The notes below the pieces were generated by a model, which saw nothing but the letters and a program-made list of their open reading frames with translations, was not told where the DNA came from and did no database searches. A program made the translations under genes and the position numbers. From Nemertoderma westbladi (lineage: Eukaryota; Animalia; Xenacoelomorpha), in the NCBI GenBank assembly GCA_032718475.1, contig JAUCBJ010007007.1, positions 1 to 64,000 on the forward strand: DNA of 64,000 nt. Direction: 5' to 3'. This document shows positions 54,285 through 64,000 of this stretch, in pieces. The first letter of the stretch is position 1; each line of letters begins with the position of its first letter.

Positions 54285-57041
54285 ATGGATGAGAGAGAAG
54301 AAGCAGCTTTAGCCCAACCAGAAGCTCAAATCCTTATGACTGATCTCTATTCCAAAACCATCATTCATCCCTCGATGGTTCCCCATTTCGGAGACAAACT
54401 CTTCGCCACGGTACAACCTCAGCCGGTTGATGTCAGCCTAAGATCTAGAGAACTTATCGCTGACGCTCCTATGTTGCATCGTCCGCCAATCGGGGCCGCT
54501 CGTGTCGATGGTGTGCTCGTTGAACCTCCGGACAGTCGAGCGGATCTTGCCCATCGTATGGTACACGAGGTCAACCTACGCGCTAGACCTTTACCGAACT
54601 CATTTTATGGGATCAAAGCCCATCCTTATTACGTCAATTTAACTCAATATTATATGGTGAAACCGGAAGATCCTACACACAGTTTAAGGTTTCTACCACT
54701 GATAAATCCCCTCGATCTTGTTGAACTCGAACAACTACAGAAACATCTGGATCAGTTAGTGAAAGTAAACTCATTCAGAAAACCTTATAATGTTTCTAGA
54801 ATAGAAAAGGATATAATTCCCCCATATAATCTCGATGGATTTATTAAAACTCGATTAGTCCATTGGAATCTCGACGTATTATTCGAGGAAGAGAGAATAC
54901 AGCGACATGGAGATGTAGAGACATATACTACACATTATCTGAAGTATAGCGATCTACCTAACGCTTGCGAACGCGCCACCTTATGGCATCCAGTGGGTAT
55001 GACCATAGAAAATGCCACCAAAGAGTGGAACGAAACTCTTAACGTTATCAAAATGTATGGAGTTGTTACTTACGATAACGAAGGTAACGTTCCGGTTGGA
55101 GAGCTGGGAACTACGCGGATGATACACATATGTGGACTAGCTGGTTCTACCCTTGTGTTTACCCGAGCGTGTTCCGACGTGATCGATTATTCTTTTGAGA
55201 CTCTCACCGAGATCCAAAAGAAACTCCGACATGGACAATTCGCACTCGCACAGCGTTACGTCACCGATACCGAGCGCAAACTGGCCATGGGTATAGATGG
55301 ATCGATGTTACCCCAACCAGTGCTCGAGATGTTGTTTAATGAAAGAATCCTTAAAATCGGCTCAGCTGTATATGGAGATCTCCAAAACGACTTCAGGAAC
55401 ATGGAGAATATCCCATATCCTTTCGTAGACACCCAGCTGATTGCTCCCTGGGCAGAAGGCCGAGGTTTCTTCCGAACTATGTATGCCAATACATCCAGCG
55501 GCATCAATAAAGTCCAACGGACCTCCATCGGACATCTTGCCTTTCAAGAATACGGATGGAATTTCAAAGTCGGAAACCCTATCAACTATCAACAAGTATA
55601 TGGAGATCATTATTCTCGATTATACATCGACGGACCATTGACCGCACCTGGCGTCGTTTATAGCTTCATGAGTGTTCCACTTCATCCCTCATTAGCTATA
55701 TACACTATCTTCGAGAACGCCGCACTTGCTGGTTGGCTAGCCGATGTGTGCAGTCGTACTATACACGCCCATCCCTTGTTACTTGGAACCAAACTCGCCA
55801 AGCTAGATGAACACAATAAATTTATCCGCTTCGAATGTTTCAGGCGCTTTCTGACTCCGTCCCGTAACGTTGATAGTCAGTTCAAGGACCGCGCTCTGAC
55901 TAAGCTCAGCCTAAGAGACTCAGCTGCTGAGAAGTTAGACAGCGCTGGATTCGCCATTTTCAAGGACGTTTGTATACAGAATTTACATTCCTCTGTCATA
56001 CAAAGACCCCGAATCCCCACAGGTTATTCTATCGTGGAAGTTCAAACAGTGCGTTCGCTTGAGGAGACAGCTACACCTACCTCAGCTATGCAATTGGAAG
56101 ACGAACCAATTTGCTTAGAGTCCGAGGAGATTCAACCCACAGCGCCCAGGAGCAGTGACAATGACTACGTCCTGGAATGGTATCAAGGTCCACAATGTCT
56201 CACCGCATACGATTATCGGCATGCCAATTATGTTTCTAGGAAACGTTGCCGATTATGCGCATCACGAGACCACTTCACCCCGGTGGACTCCAGCGTACCC
56301 TGCTCCTACTTTCAAGATCAACCCATAATGGAGATCTATTGTGCGTATTGTAGACTCAATAACTTACACATCTTCGCAGTCTGCCCTCAATTTTTGACTC
56401 AATGCCATCATTGCCAGTTTAAAGGACACGCAAGTTTTGATTGCCCTTTCAACCGAGATCTGGAAAGCGTAGACGAAATGGTTGCCCTGCGCTACATTCG
56501 AGCCTGGGAAGCTAACGCGGATCTCCATTGCGAGTCACGTCATCGATACTACCCTGGACGTGCCTATGAAGGAGTTTATGCGTTTCACCCGTATCTCTTT
56601 GCTTCCGTTGAGCAAAAATCTCGCACACCGAGCTACGAGCTAATGAAGCGTGTTGGCGAGAATATTTCGACCAAATTTGTTCGCAAGTACCTCAGGAACA
56701 TTAACCCTAATGACCTTAATTCCTATAACTTGATCAACTTCATCCGTCAAGATCCGGAATATGGTGACTTGTTCATCAACTCGCATCCAGAACTACAGGA
56801 AGTTCATAGACGACCCTATGAATATAGAGCCAGAGAACGCGAGTTAGAAAGAACCATCAAACCGAGGAAATTTCTCACTACTCACGGTCAACCTACCGCT
56901 CTCTTGCAAACGACCCGTCAGGGACCAGTAAGAGCTGCTGTCTTGAAACGCGCTCTGAAGGTTGTTAGACCTCGTTCCACTGAGGTTGATATCGATCAAC
57001 CGGGTACCTCGACCGGCGGATACACCGACCGTAAACCCTAA
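54285..57041 (+). CDS. 918-aa protein: DEDD(y)-like 3'-5' exonuclease domain plus three CCHC-type zinc knuckles
   Basis: VVTYDNEG (ExoI-like), MLPQPVLEMLFNERILKIGSAVYGDL (ExoII-like), PFVDTQ, YTIFE (ExoIII-like); CRLCASRDH..C, CAYCRLNNLHIFAVC and CHHCQFKGHASFDC. Uninterrupted ORF. Confidence 0.72.
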   Translation: MDEREEAALAQPEAQILMTDLYSKTIIHPSMVPHFGDKLFATVQPQPVDVSLRSRELIADAPMLHRPPIGAARVDGVLVEPPDSRADLAHRMVHEVNLRARPLPNSFYGIKAHPYYVNLTQYYMVKPEDPTHSLRFLPLINPLDLVELEQLQKHLDQLVKVNSFRKPYNVSRIEKDIIPPYNLDGFIKTRLVHWNLDVLFEEERIQRHGDVETYTTHYLKYSDLPNACERATLWHPVGMTIENATKEWNETLNVIKMYGVVTYDNEGNVPVGELGTTRMIHICGLAGSTLVFTRACSDVIDYSFETLTEIQKKLRHGQFALAQRYVTDTERKLAMGIDGSMLPQPVLEMLFNERILKIGSAVYGDLQNDFRNMENIPYPFVDTQLIAPWAEGRGFFRTMYANTSSGINKVQRTSIGHLAFQEYGWNFKVGNPINYQQVYGDHYSRLYIDGPLTAPGVVYSFMSVPLHPSLAIYTIFENAALAGWLADVCSRTIHAHPLLLGTKLAKLDEHNKFIRFECFRRFLTPSRNVDSQFKDRALTKLSLRDSAAEKLDSAGFAIFKDVCIQNLHSSVIQRPRIPTGYSIVEVQTVRSLEETATPTSAMQLEDEPICLESEEIQPTAPRSSDNDYVLEWYQGPQCLTAYDYRHANYVSRKRCRLCASRDHFTPVDSSVPCSYFQDQPIMEIYCAYCRLNNLHIFAVCPQFLTQCHHCQFKGHASFDCPFNRDLESVDEMVALRYIRAWEANADLHCESRHRYYPGRAYEGVYAFHPYLFASVEQKSRTPSYELMKRVGENISTKFVRKYLRNINPNDLNSYNLINFIRQDPEYGDLFINSHPELQEVHRRPYEYRARERELERTIKPRKFLTTHGQPTALLQTTRQGPVRAAVLKRALKVVRPRSTEVDIDQPGTSTGGYTDRKP

Positions 57042-58813
57042 ACCTTCCGATGCAATTGTATTGCACCCCTCACCCAGGAGTTATAGCCCTCCTAGTAAAG
57101 TGGCTCGCCCCAAAGAGAAAATATTGGAAGAGACGGTAACAATACCTGCAATATCCTACTGTAAAGTTTGTAAATCAAATCATAAATCCGACCTTCTCAC
57201 CAAAACAGTAAACTCTAAGTAAGCGAATATATTGCAGTATCGATCTCTTATAACCGGTGAGGCAGAAAACAGTCTACGAGCAGACAAACTTCGATAAAAC
57301 AAATCCCGCGCAGCGAATCCTAAAATCAGGCTGACTCACTGACGGACTAAAGGGCTCGTATACTTTGCCGCGGTGTGATTTATATGGTTGGGCGAAGAGA
57401 CGCTAGCTAGGTACAGGCAGAGATTTGGAGATGTCTAACTAGCGGGCAAAGCACAGTACGGACAAAGTTAATTTTATATATTTCGAGGTGTAAATAATTT
57501 CTAACGCGCGTGTGTTAATTCTGAACGGTCAAAGCAGTTTTGCTCCTTCACATATATAATTACTGGGTACGGTGTGCATTTACGAATATTCTAATTTTGT
57601 AACTTGTAGGTCCAATACTCACGAATGATAAGGTTCCTTCCCCTCTTGCGTATTTCCAGGACTCAAATTCAGGCATAAAGTTAATACTACGCCCAGAATT
57701 CGGCAATTTTAGGTACCAGGTCCCTGATACTAAGAAGAGATGTGTTAGTTTACTACTGTAGGCGTACGGGTACTAATAGCTATCCTGGCTCCTATCTAGA
57801 ATTTTAGTCACCCAGGTAGTCCGGGTAACTTCCTATTAGGGCGTTGGCGGGGACACGGTAGATGTTAGTATATCCCTGATAGCCTCAATTTATTTGCGCC
57901 TAGTGTAAACTGCCCTACCGCCTGAACGGTACAATCCCAATTCAGGTGAAAACACAGCAACCCCCCTAGCCTACAAGTTCTGATGTAATGGACACCGTTG
58001 TACGGCAAATAGTCGCACACGCACCTGTACTTAGCAAGAGTTAAGCGTACAGTTTGCTGCACCCTAACCAATGTGTATGCCTTGTACCGGTGTGCCTACG
58101 TCCTATCTGCGTACTAGTATCTGCCTGCGCTCTCCCTCCCCCCGTAGGAATGTGAAGGTCTACTGTGGGTTTTCCTGAATCAAGACAGTACAGTCCCTAT
58201 GATGTAATTTTGGGCTTACAGCGTGTCACTACGTCTACCTTTTGATCTTTTGGTCTTATACTTAGGTAGCAAGGATCGAACGCTGTCTAACCTTTCAGGC
58301 GATGGGCGAATAACTCTAAAATGGTATTGCGGGTTGTCTCTCGTCTACATTCCCGTGATGTTCCCGTTCATTGCTGCGGCCCGATCTCTAGCCGGCCATC
58401 CTGTCCCTGAGTTTGTTCACCGTAGTGAATCCATAGTAAAACAGATAGAAAAGCTGAGAGAATATTCTGACTTTATTACAGAAGATACAATTATAATACA
58501 ATGTAATCTGAGAATAAACTAAGCACGACAGAATATTGATAAGATAATATGTAAGTGAATTGATGTGAATATTGAAAAACTAATGAACGAATCGCACCTT
58601 TATATACTAAATTTGTGCCGCAATCAATCGAGAAAATTCTCGATTGTTCTATAGATTCTAACAAGGTTTTAAAGATAGCTATTGGTCCAGCTAATATATA
58701 ACTTGCACGACATTGGTTACAATCAAATAACTACAGCCTCATTGGTACAGACAAATGCAATTAATTTGTAGCGGTTAATTTAAATGAGTTGAAATTCTGT
58801 ACAAAAAATAATT

Positions 58814-58889
58814 CGCACTTACTAGGATTCGAACTCAATACCTACTACACATATAATTTCCAACGCTCTACCGACTGAGCTACTGAACC
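58814..58889 (-). other. tRNA-like / SINE-head sequence (Pol III A and B boxes), not a canonical tRNA
   Basis: The - strand reads GGTTCAGTAGCTCAGTCGGTAGAGCG...GAGTTCGAATCC. The D arm pairs; the acceptor and anticodon stems do not. Confidence 0.55.
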
Positions 58890-59229
58890 ACTTGACCGAT
58901 AGATGTACAAATGATAGAACCAATACGAATGAGAACTCAAAGCAATCTTTACAAAGTTAATCCGAATAAAATAAAATTTTGAAAATCCACGGCATTTAGG
59001 GAATATAATTCTATACCGCTCCATGAAAACAGGATATTATCGTGCATAAAATATACGGTTTTCACCAATAATCAATCAAACTATAGAATACTTAGGGCGT
59101 ACTTACATATTTACAATTAAATTTCAAACAATACTTCCTTTCTACGTAATGATTCGATACAAAAATAATTACAAATTCAAACTTTACGTATTTAAGGCTT
59201 TACTAAGTAAGTACAATATAAATCTAAAT

Positions 59230-59730
59230 TAAATTCACCAATATAAATCTATTGCATCTCAATATTGCATAAATTCAAGTAATTACAAATACTTTCGTAC
59301 CTAAATGTAGATTGCATAGGTTTGGAATAATTACAAATATGAGTCTTTCTGAGCACAAAATTCTCTATCTATAAAACTTTCTATTTCACTGTAAATACAA
59401 ATACTGCTTATAAAATATAAATTGCATAATATTCGGAACAATATAAATTGCATAAGTTCGGAATAATATAAATTGCATAAGTTCGGAATAAGCACAAATA
59501 TAAAATATAAGTTTTACTAAATATAGATATAAACTGCATAAGTTTAGAATAATATAAACTCCTTTGCATCTTCAAATATGAAACATAAATCTTTCAAATA
59601 TAAGTTCCTTCTAAATATAAACTCTCTAAATTTCATAAATTCGGAACAATACAAATTGCATAAGTTCGGAATAAGCACAAATATAAAATATAAGTTTTAC
59701 TAAATTTTCTAAATATAAAACATATAATTC
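59230..59730. repeat. Degenerate AT-rich repeats (AAATTGCATAAGTTCGGAATA) downstream of the 1241-aa ORF
   Basis: The motif recurs several times, and ~59470-59522 is duplicated at ~59653-59705. Confidence 0.7.
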
Positions 59731-59791
59731 AAAATAAATCACAAATCATAAGAAAGGCCCACGAGTCTTCCGTCCACCCTTGCCCTCCCTT

Positions 59792-62700
59792 TTATCGTTT
59801 TGTGGATCGAGCCCTGCCGCGTACTCGAAAACTGCGCACAGGTGACTTTGCTCGCGATATGGGACTTGTGGGGCGAGTCACTGATTTACTTGGGACGTTG
59901 AGGGACGGTTCGACTATTTCCTCGCAAATTCGTCTATTTGGCATCCCAAAACCTCGACCGATTCCTCGTGACCGATCAGTCGTCACTACAGTTGGTAGAA
60001 CGTCTGGGAACGCGCGAGAAGCGGACGACGCAGACCCAAGAGTAGCTTGCGCCCCCTGTTGATCAGCTGGTGTGTGTCCCGATCCTCCTACTGGTTCTCT
60101 TGGAAGTGATACCGTATCCCGAGTAACTCGAATAGTCGGCTCAACTCCCTTGCGTTCTTCTACATTAATAATTTTCTTCAATTGTTGGCCCACCTTCTGG
60201 ACCCGTATGATCCTACCCTGCCCGTCCTCCCGAGGGTGACGTGCAGACGGCGCAACCGGAGTGGCTGGTATATTCGTCGCCTCTAGGACCTCCTCTTCCT
60301 CGAATACGCTCGCTCGTATACGTTTATGGTAAAACGCGGCTCGGTACGCCCATGCGACGGTTAACCAAGCTCCCTTGTTCCGCTTTTCAGTTCGGAAACG
60401 ATCGAATTCACCATACGTAATCCGATTAACGACTTTCTGAAAATTCCACGTGTTTTTGTTATCCGGGTGAATTTGTAACAGATACTCGCGCACCACTCGG
60501 AATCCGCTGTCGTGGGGCAAAATATCGACAACCTCGATAAGTTCGTCATATTGGGGCATAGCGGAGATATATCCTTCCGACATCATCGTCTGGGGATTTA
60601 CCGCCCAAAATCCGAGATGCGCTCTCATCGGAAACCGTCTTCTCTGTGCTGATACATGTTCGTCGGCTAAATCTTCCCACTCATCAAATAACTTCCTCAC
60701 GAGTTTTACAGATTCGTGTTCATAAGGTATGTCTCTTAGTTGGCATTCAGATGCTCGATGTCCCTTTATATTGCAGTAAGTACATTGAGCCATAAATCTC
60801 CAGCAAGTATAAAAGGTATGAGACCCTTGATCCCCACACCATCCACAGATTAGCTGAGTCGTAGTAATGTGCTTTCCACTGCACTTTGCCATATGATGTC
60901 CAGCGACGCCACATTTACTACACATCGTATTAGCAGGGTACCACACTCGTTCGTATATAAGGTCTCCAATCGGTCGAGCGCTTCCTCCCATACTATAATC
61001 GTAATCATCTGGGTCTATGGGTTGGTAGGTTTCTGAAAGTTGTATGCAAACTATAGCATCTGTTGCTTCAAGTTGTCGAATCTCCGTCTGAGATTTCTTC
61101 GGGAGGTTCCTTTCTATCTCAAGAAGTTCCTCTAAAGGATCGTCGGCGATCGTAGTAGTTACTTCGAATTCATCACCAAGGTGACCGATAGGCGCGCGCG
61201 TCTGCCGTGATTCTTCCGTAATCTCCACGATACGTTCTCCTTCATAGGGTAACAATGTAAACATAGATGGTCTTTCGATAAGAGATCCCGCACAGCGAAG
61301 ATACACGTCTCGAAATATGCTAAATCCTGCTCGAGTAAAGGCATTACACTGAGCGTCGGAGTTGTAGAAGGGTTCAAGGAATCGTCTAAACACGTCGGTA
61401 CGAATTCTCCCTTCCATGTAGAACGTATGATCTTCTCCGAGACAAAGTGGATGTCTTTTGAGAGTCCGAGATACAATGTCGGCGATTAGGCAAACATTCA
61501 CTGACGACTCTATCGCTAAATAATATTGTAAGACCGCTCTTGGAGGTGACGTAATAGCCCAATACACGCATCCTCTCCATTTAAGCTGTGATTCAAACTC
61601 ACTCATATCTGGAGTATCACCTTCTCCATAAGTTTCAATATACTTGTTCCTTTTACCTTCCTTATAATCCCAATTGAATAACAGGTAGGAAATGTATCCA
61701 GTTCCAGTCTTCTGAGTATTATACTCACGAAAATATCCCTGTTCTATAGACCACAGAATAAGAGGTCGAGTGTCGACGTATGGTGTCGGTAGTCGGTCAT
61801 CGCTGTCCGTCATGCCGGCGAAGTCGCTAATTAAATCCTCCCTTACTCCTGATCCAATCTTTACAACAGTTTTATCTAAAATCATGTTTCTTACCATCTT
61901 CGGTAGCATTCTAGCGTCGATATTACAAGCTTGGTCCATCTTCTTTACTATATCGGTGATAAGATGGTGTCGCTTTGTATTCGCTGGAGGTATCGGCATT
62001 CGTTTGTCGCTCCTCTGTCTACTGAAAACGTGCAGGACTCCGTCCGCCGCTCTAATCTGTATAGTCTTAGAAGTCAAACTCTGCTGATGACTGCCGCCCT
62101 CGTTATCGTAAAACATATAACCGTTTTCCTGAAACGATCTAAACGTCCTAGTCCATTCATCCAACAATTCTTCCGAAGGTTGCCAAATCTTCTCTATATC
62201 CTTATCCTCATCGAAACGAATAACCTTACCTCGCCAATCTGCGGCAATATCTGTATCCGACTCGAAGGTTCCGGTTCCAATCCATAAACGAATCGTCTTG
62301 GTTAGATATCCTTTTAGATTACTCGGAGCGATATCGGCACCAGCTCTATCCAGTTCCTTAAAATCTTGGATATGAGGTGGAACGTTGTTCACGACCTTTT
62401 GAGTAATATGTCTACGTAAATCATATATCTTACTCATATCGCTGAAAACAACTGCAGGAAGAAACTCCAAGTTTGAAATGATTTCTGGATGATCCACGAT
62501 GGGTATTTCGTACGTCGTATCCTGTCGGACTGGTATACTAATAGGGAAATTGAGTGTCGTACTCAATGGTTTCGTAGTTGAAGTACTATACGGTTGCATT
62601 TCTCTTGGCCTCTCCGGGGATGCAATCTGTAGTCTCTGAATAACGTTTTGAGCAAAGTTTATGCTCTCGAAAACTTCCGGTGTCATCTCCTTAGCTGAAG

Positions 62701-63517
62701 TTTGATCGTGTGACGTCCAATGGCAAGGTAGGCTCGCGAGTCTTCCACCCCATTCTTCCATCTCACCTTTCTCGAAAGCCTTGTAGGCTCTGTATAGGCT
62801 AAGAGCTTCTTTCTTTTCGCGGGTTGACTGATTCGCCTCGTCCAGCGTAAGTTCAAATACATCGGGTTCAACAACCTTAGGTGGGTAAATGACAGTTTCT
62901 CCCGCCTTTGGTCCGGTCATAGCAAATGAATGATATGGATTCGATAAAGGATACCCTCCTTCCTGGTAGCGTAGTTGTTGATGATTCGAACACCTCGCCA
63001 ATATCGGTTCGGGATTTTCCTTATTCAAACGCATCGGAATCGCATTTCGTTGTTCGCGCATACAAGAACCGCATTGATAATAAAGTTTATAAACTGAAAA
63101 TGCTTCCTTGGTTTCTCTATCGTCCCCTCGAGTTCGTCTGTAAAGATGCATTCCATCGAATTCATCGCGTACCGCGGGCATAGGTTCGTGCGCCTTTAGG
63201 TATTGCATGGTATGATACAAACGACTAATTTCAGTATCGGGGTCTTCGCTAATGTCTCCCGTATCACACAAAGCATCGTACGGGTAAAGTTCGTTGAAGG
63301 TTTGGCGCAAACTTTCGATTCTTTCGTTTAATGCGTTTTGCCTTCTCTTTAATACGTTCGAGTCATATTTAGTTCTCGCGAGTTTCGCTGTACTTTCCGA
63401 TAATTCTTTTATACCGAATATAGTATAATCCTTGGCTCCAAATCTTTCGAATGGCGCTGCTGCCTCCTCTTGGATATCATATCCCCATCTCGGCTCTCCC
63501 TGTATCCCTTTCTCCAT
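59792..63517 (-). CDS. 1241-aa paralog of the 918-aa protein: N-terminal extension, DEDD(y)-like exonuclease domain and three CCHC zinc knuckles
   Basis: YMFYDNEG, MLPKMVRNMILDKTVVKIGSGVREDL, PYVDTR, YYLAIE; CSKCGVAGHHMAKC, CGWCGDQGSHTFYTC and CTYCNIKGHRASEC. Uninterrupted ORF. Confidence 0.75.
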   Translation of the reverse strand: MEKGIQGEPRWGYDIQEEAAAPFERFGAKDYTIFGIKELSESTAKLARTKYDSNVLKRRQNALNERIESLRQTFNELYPYDALCDTGDISEDPDTEISRLYHTMQYLKAHEPMPAVRDEFDGMHLYRRTRGDDRETKEAFSVYKLYYQCGSCMREQRNAIPMRLNKENPEPILARCSNHQQLRYQEGGYPLSNPYHSFAMTGPKAGETVIYPPKVVEPDVFELTLDEANQSTREKKEALSLYRAYKAFEKGEMEEWGGRLASLPCHWTSHDQTSAKEMTPEVFESINFAQNVIQRLQIASPERPREMQPYSTSTTKPLSTTLNFPISIPVRQDTTYEIPIVDHPEIISNLEFLPAVVFSDMSKIYDLRRHITQKVVNNVPPHIQDFKELDRAGADIAPSNLKGYLTKTIRLWIGTGTFESDTDIAADWRGKVIRFDEDKDIEKIWQPSEELLDEWTRTFRSFQENGYMFYDNEGGSHQQSLTSKTIQIRAADGVLHVFSRQRSDKRMPIPPANTKRHHLITDIVKKMDQACNIDARMLPKMVRNMILDKTVVKIGSGVREDLISDFAGMTDSDDRLPTPYVDTRPLILWSIEQGYFREYNTQKTGTGYISYLLFNWDYKEGKRNKYIETYGEGDTPDMSEFESQLKWRGCVYWAITSPPRAVLQYYLAIESSVNVCLIADIVSRTLKRHPLCLGEDHTFYMEGRIRTDVFRRFLEPFYNSDAQCNAFTRAGFSIFRDVYLRCAGSLIERPSMFTLLPYEGERIVEITEESRQTRAPIGHLGDEFEVTTTIADDPLEELLEIERNLPKKSQTEIRQLEATDAIVCIQLSETYQPIDPDDYDYSMGGSARPIGDLIYERVWYPANTMCSKCGVAGHHMAKCSGKHITTTQLICGWCGDQGSHTFYTCWRFMAQCTYCNIKGHRASECQLRDIPYEHESVKLVRKLFDEWEDLADEHVSAQRRRFPMRAHLGFWAVNPQTMMSEGYISAMPQYDELIEVVDILPHDSGFRVVREYLLQIHPDNKNTWNFQKVVNRITYGEFDRFRTEKRNKGAWLTVAWAYRAAFYHKRIRASVFEEEEVLEATNIPATPVAPSARHPREDGQGRIIRVQKVGQQLKKIINVEERKGVEPTIRVTRDTVSLPREPVGGSGHTPADQQGAQATLGSASSASRAFPDVLPTVVTTDRSRGIGRGFGMPNRRICEEIVEPSLNVPSKSVTRPTSPISRAKSPVRSFRVRGRARSTKR

Positions 63518-64000
63518 AATTAGGGTGTAGTTACATAATCATTACTACTAGAGGGAATACAACAGAGTTTGTAGTTAGTTGTGAGGAGACGTGAGAGTTT
63601 CGTCTGCCCTTTGGGCTCGACAACGCTCTAACCTCCTACCCATAGCCTAAGATCTAGGGTTTCTTTAATGACACGCTGCTTCTTATCTAAAATTTTTTGC
63701 CGAAGTAAAAACGAATTTGGGCTAAACTGGCCGTGAGTCTAAAATACTCACCTTTTGATCCCAAACTATTATCAGAAAATAAGCAGTCAAGAATTAGTAA
63801 TAAATATAGGGGAGTCTATTTGACGTAACTTATTGAAACAAGACCGTGTAAAATTTAATTAAAATTTTAAGAAAGGCTCGCAAGTCTTCCTCTCTTGTTT
63901 CTCTAATTTTAAGTTCCACCCGACTGTACCCTGAAATCTATTCACTGGAGAAATTTTTAAAAATTTCTAAATCCAAATGGATTGTCTAAAATTTCGAAAA

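Noticed and set aside
58814-58889. Functional tRNA gene
   Set aside because: The acceptor and anticodon stems do not pair.
54285-63517. env-like or second gag genes
   Set aside because: No evident signal peptide or transmembrane segment and no capsid-like motif. The knuckles follow an exonuclease-like domain instead.

Overview
Eukaryotic (animal-like) genomic DNA that is intron-poor and rich in repeats. From left to right: a rearranged Penelope-like retroelement (RT on the - strand, GIY-YIG on the + strand, candidate hammerhead ribozyme) abuts a ~16.6 kb array of 40/41-bp satellite units, which ends at the stop codon of a two-exon CEP70 gene. Next come a non-autonomous Helitron filled with 142-bp and 25-bp tandem repeats, a two-exon DUSP12/YVH1, a cluster of minisatellites, MITEs and RTE-like LINE fragments, a CBLL1/Hakai ORF, a two-exon BBS1 and a truncated LINE RT. 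The last ~20 kb holds a decayed BEL/Pao LTR-retrotransposon gag-pol followed, with no recognisable 3' LTR, by two long, intact, intronless, convergent paralogous ORFs (918 aa and 1241 aa). Each ORF combines a divergent DEDD(y)-type 3'-5' exonuclease-like domain with three CCHC zinc knuckles. This pair is the most novel-looking feature and may be cargo of a giant BEL/Pao element. All calls come from reading motifs by eye; no database searches were run.
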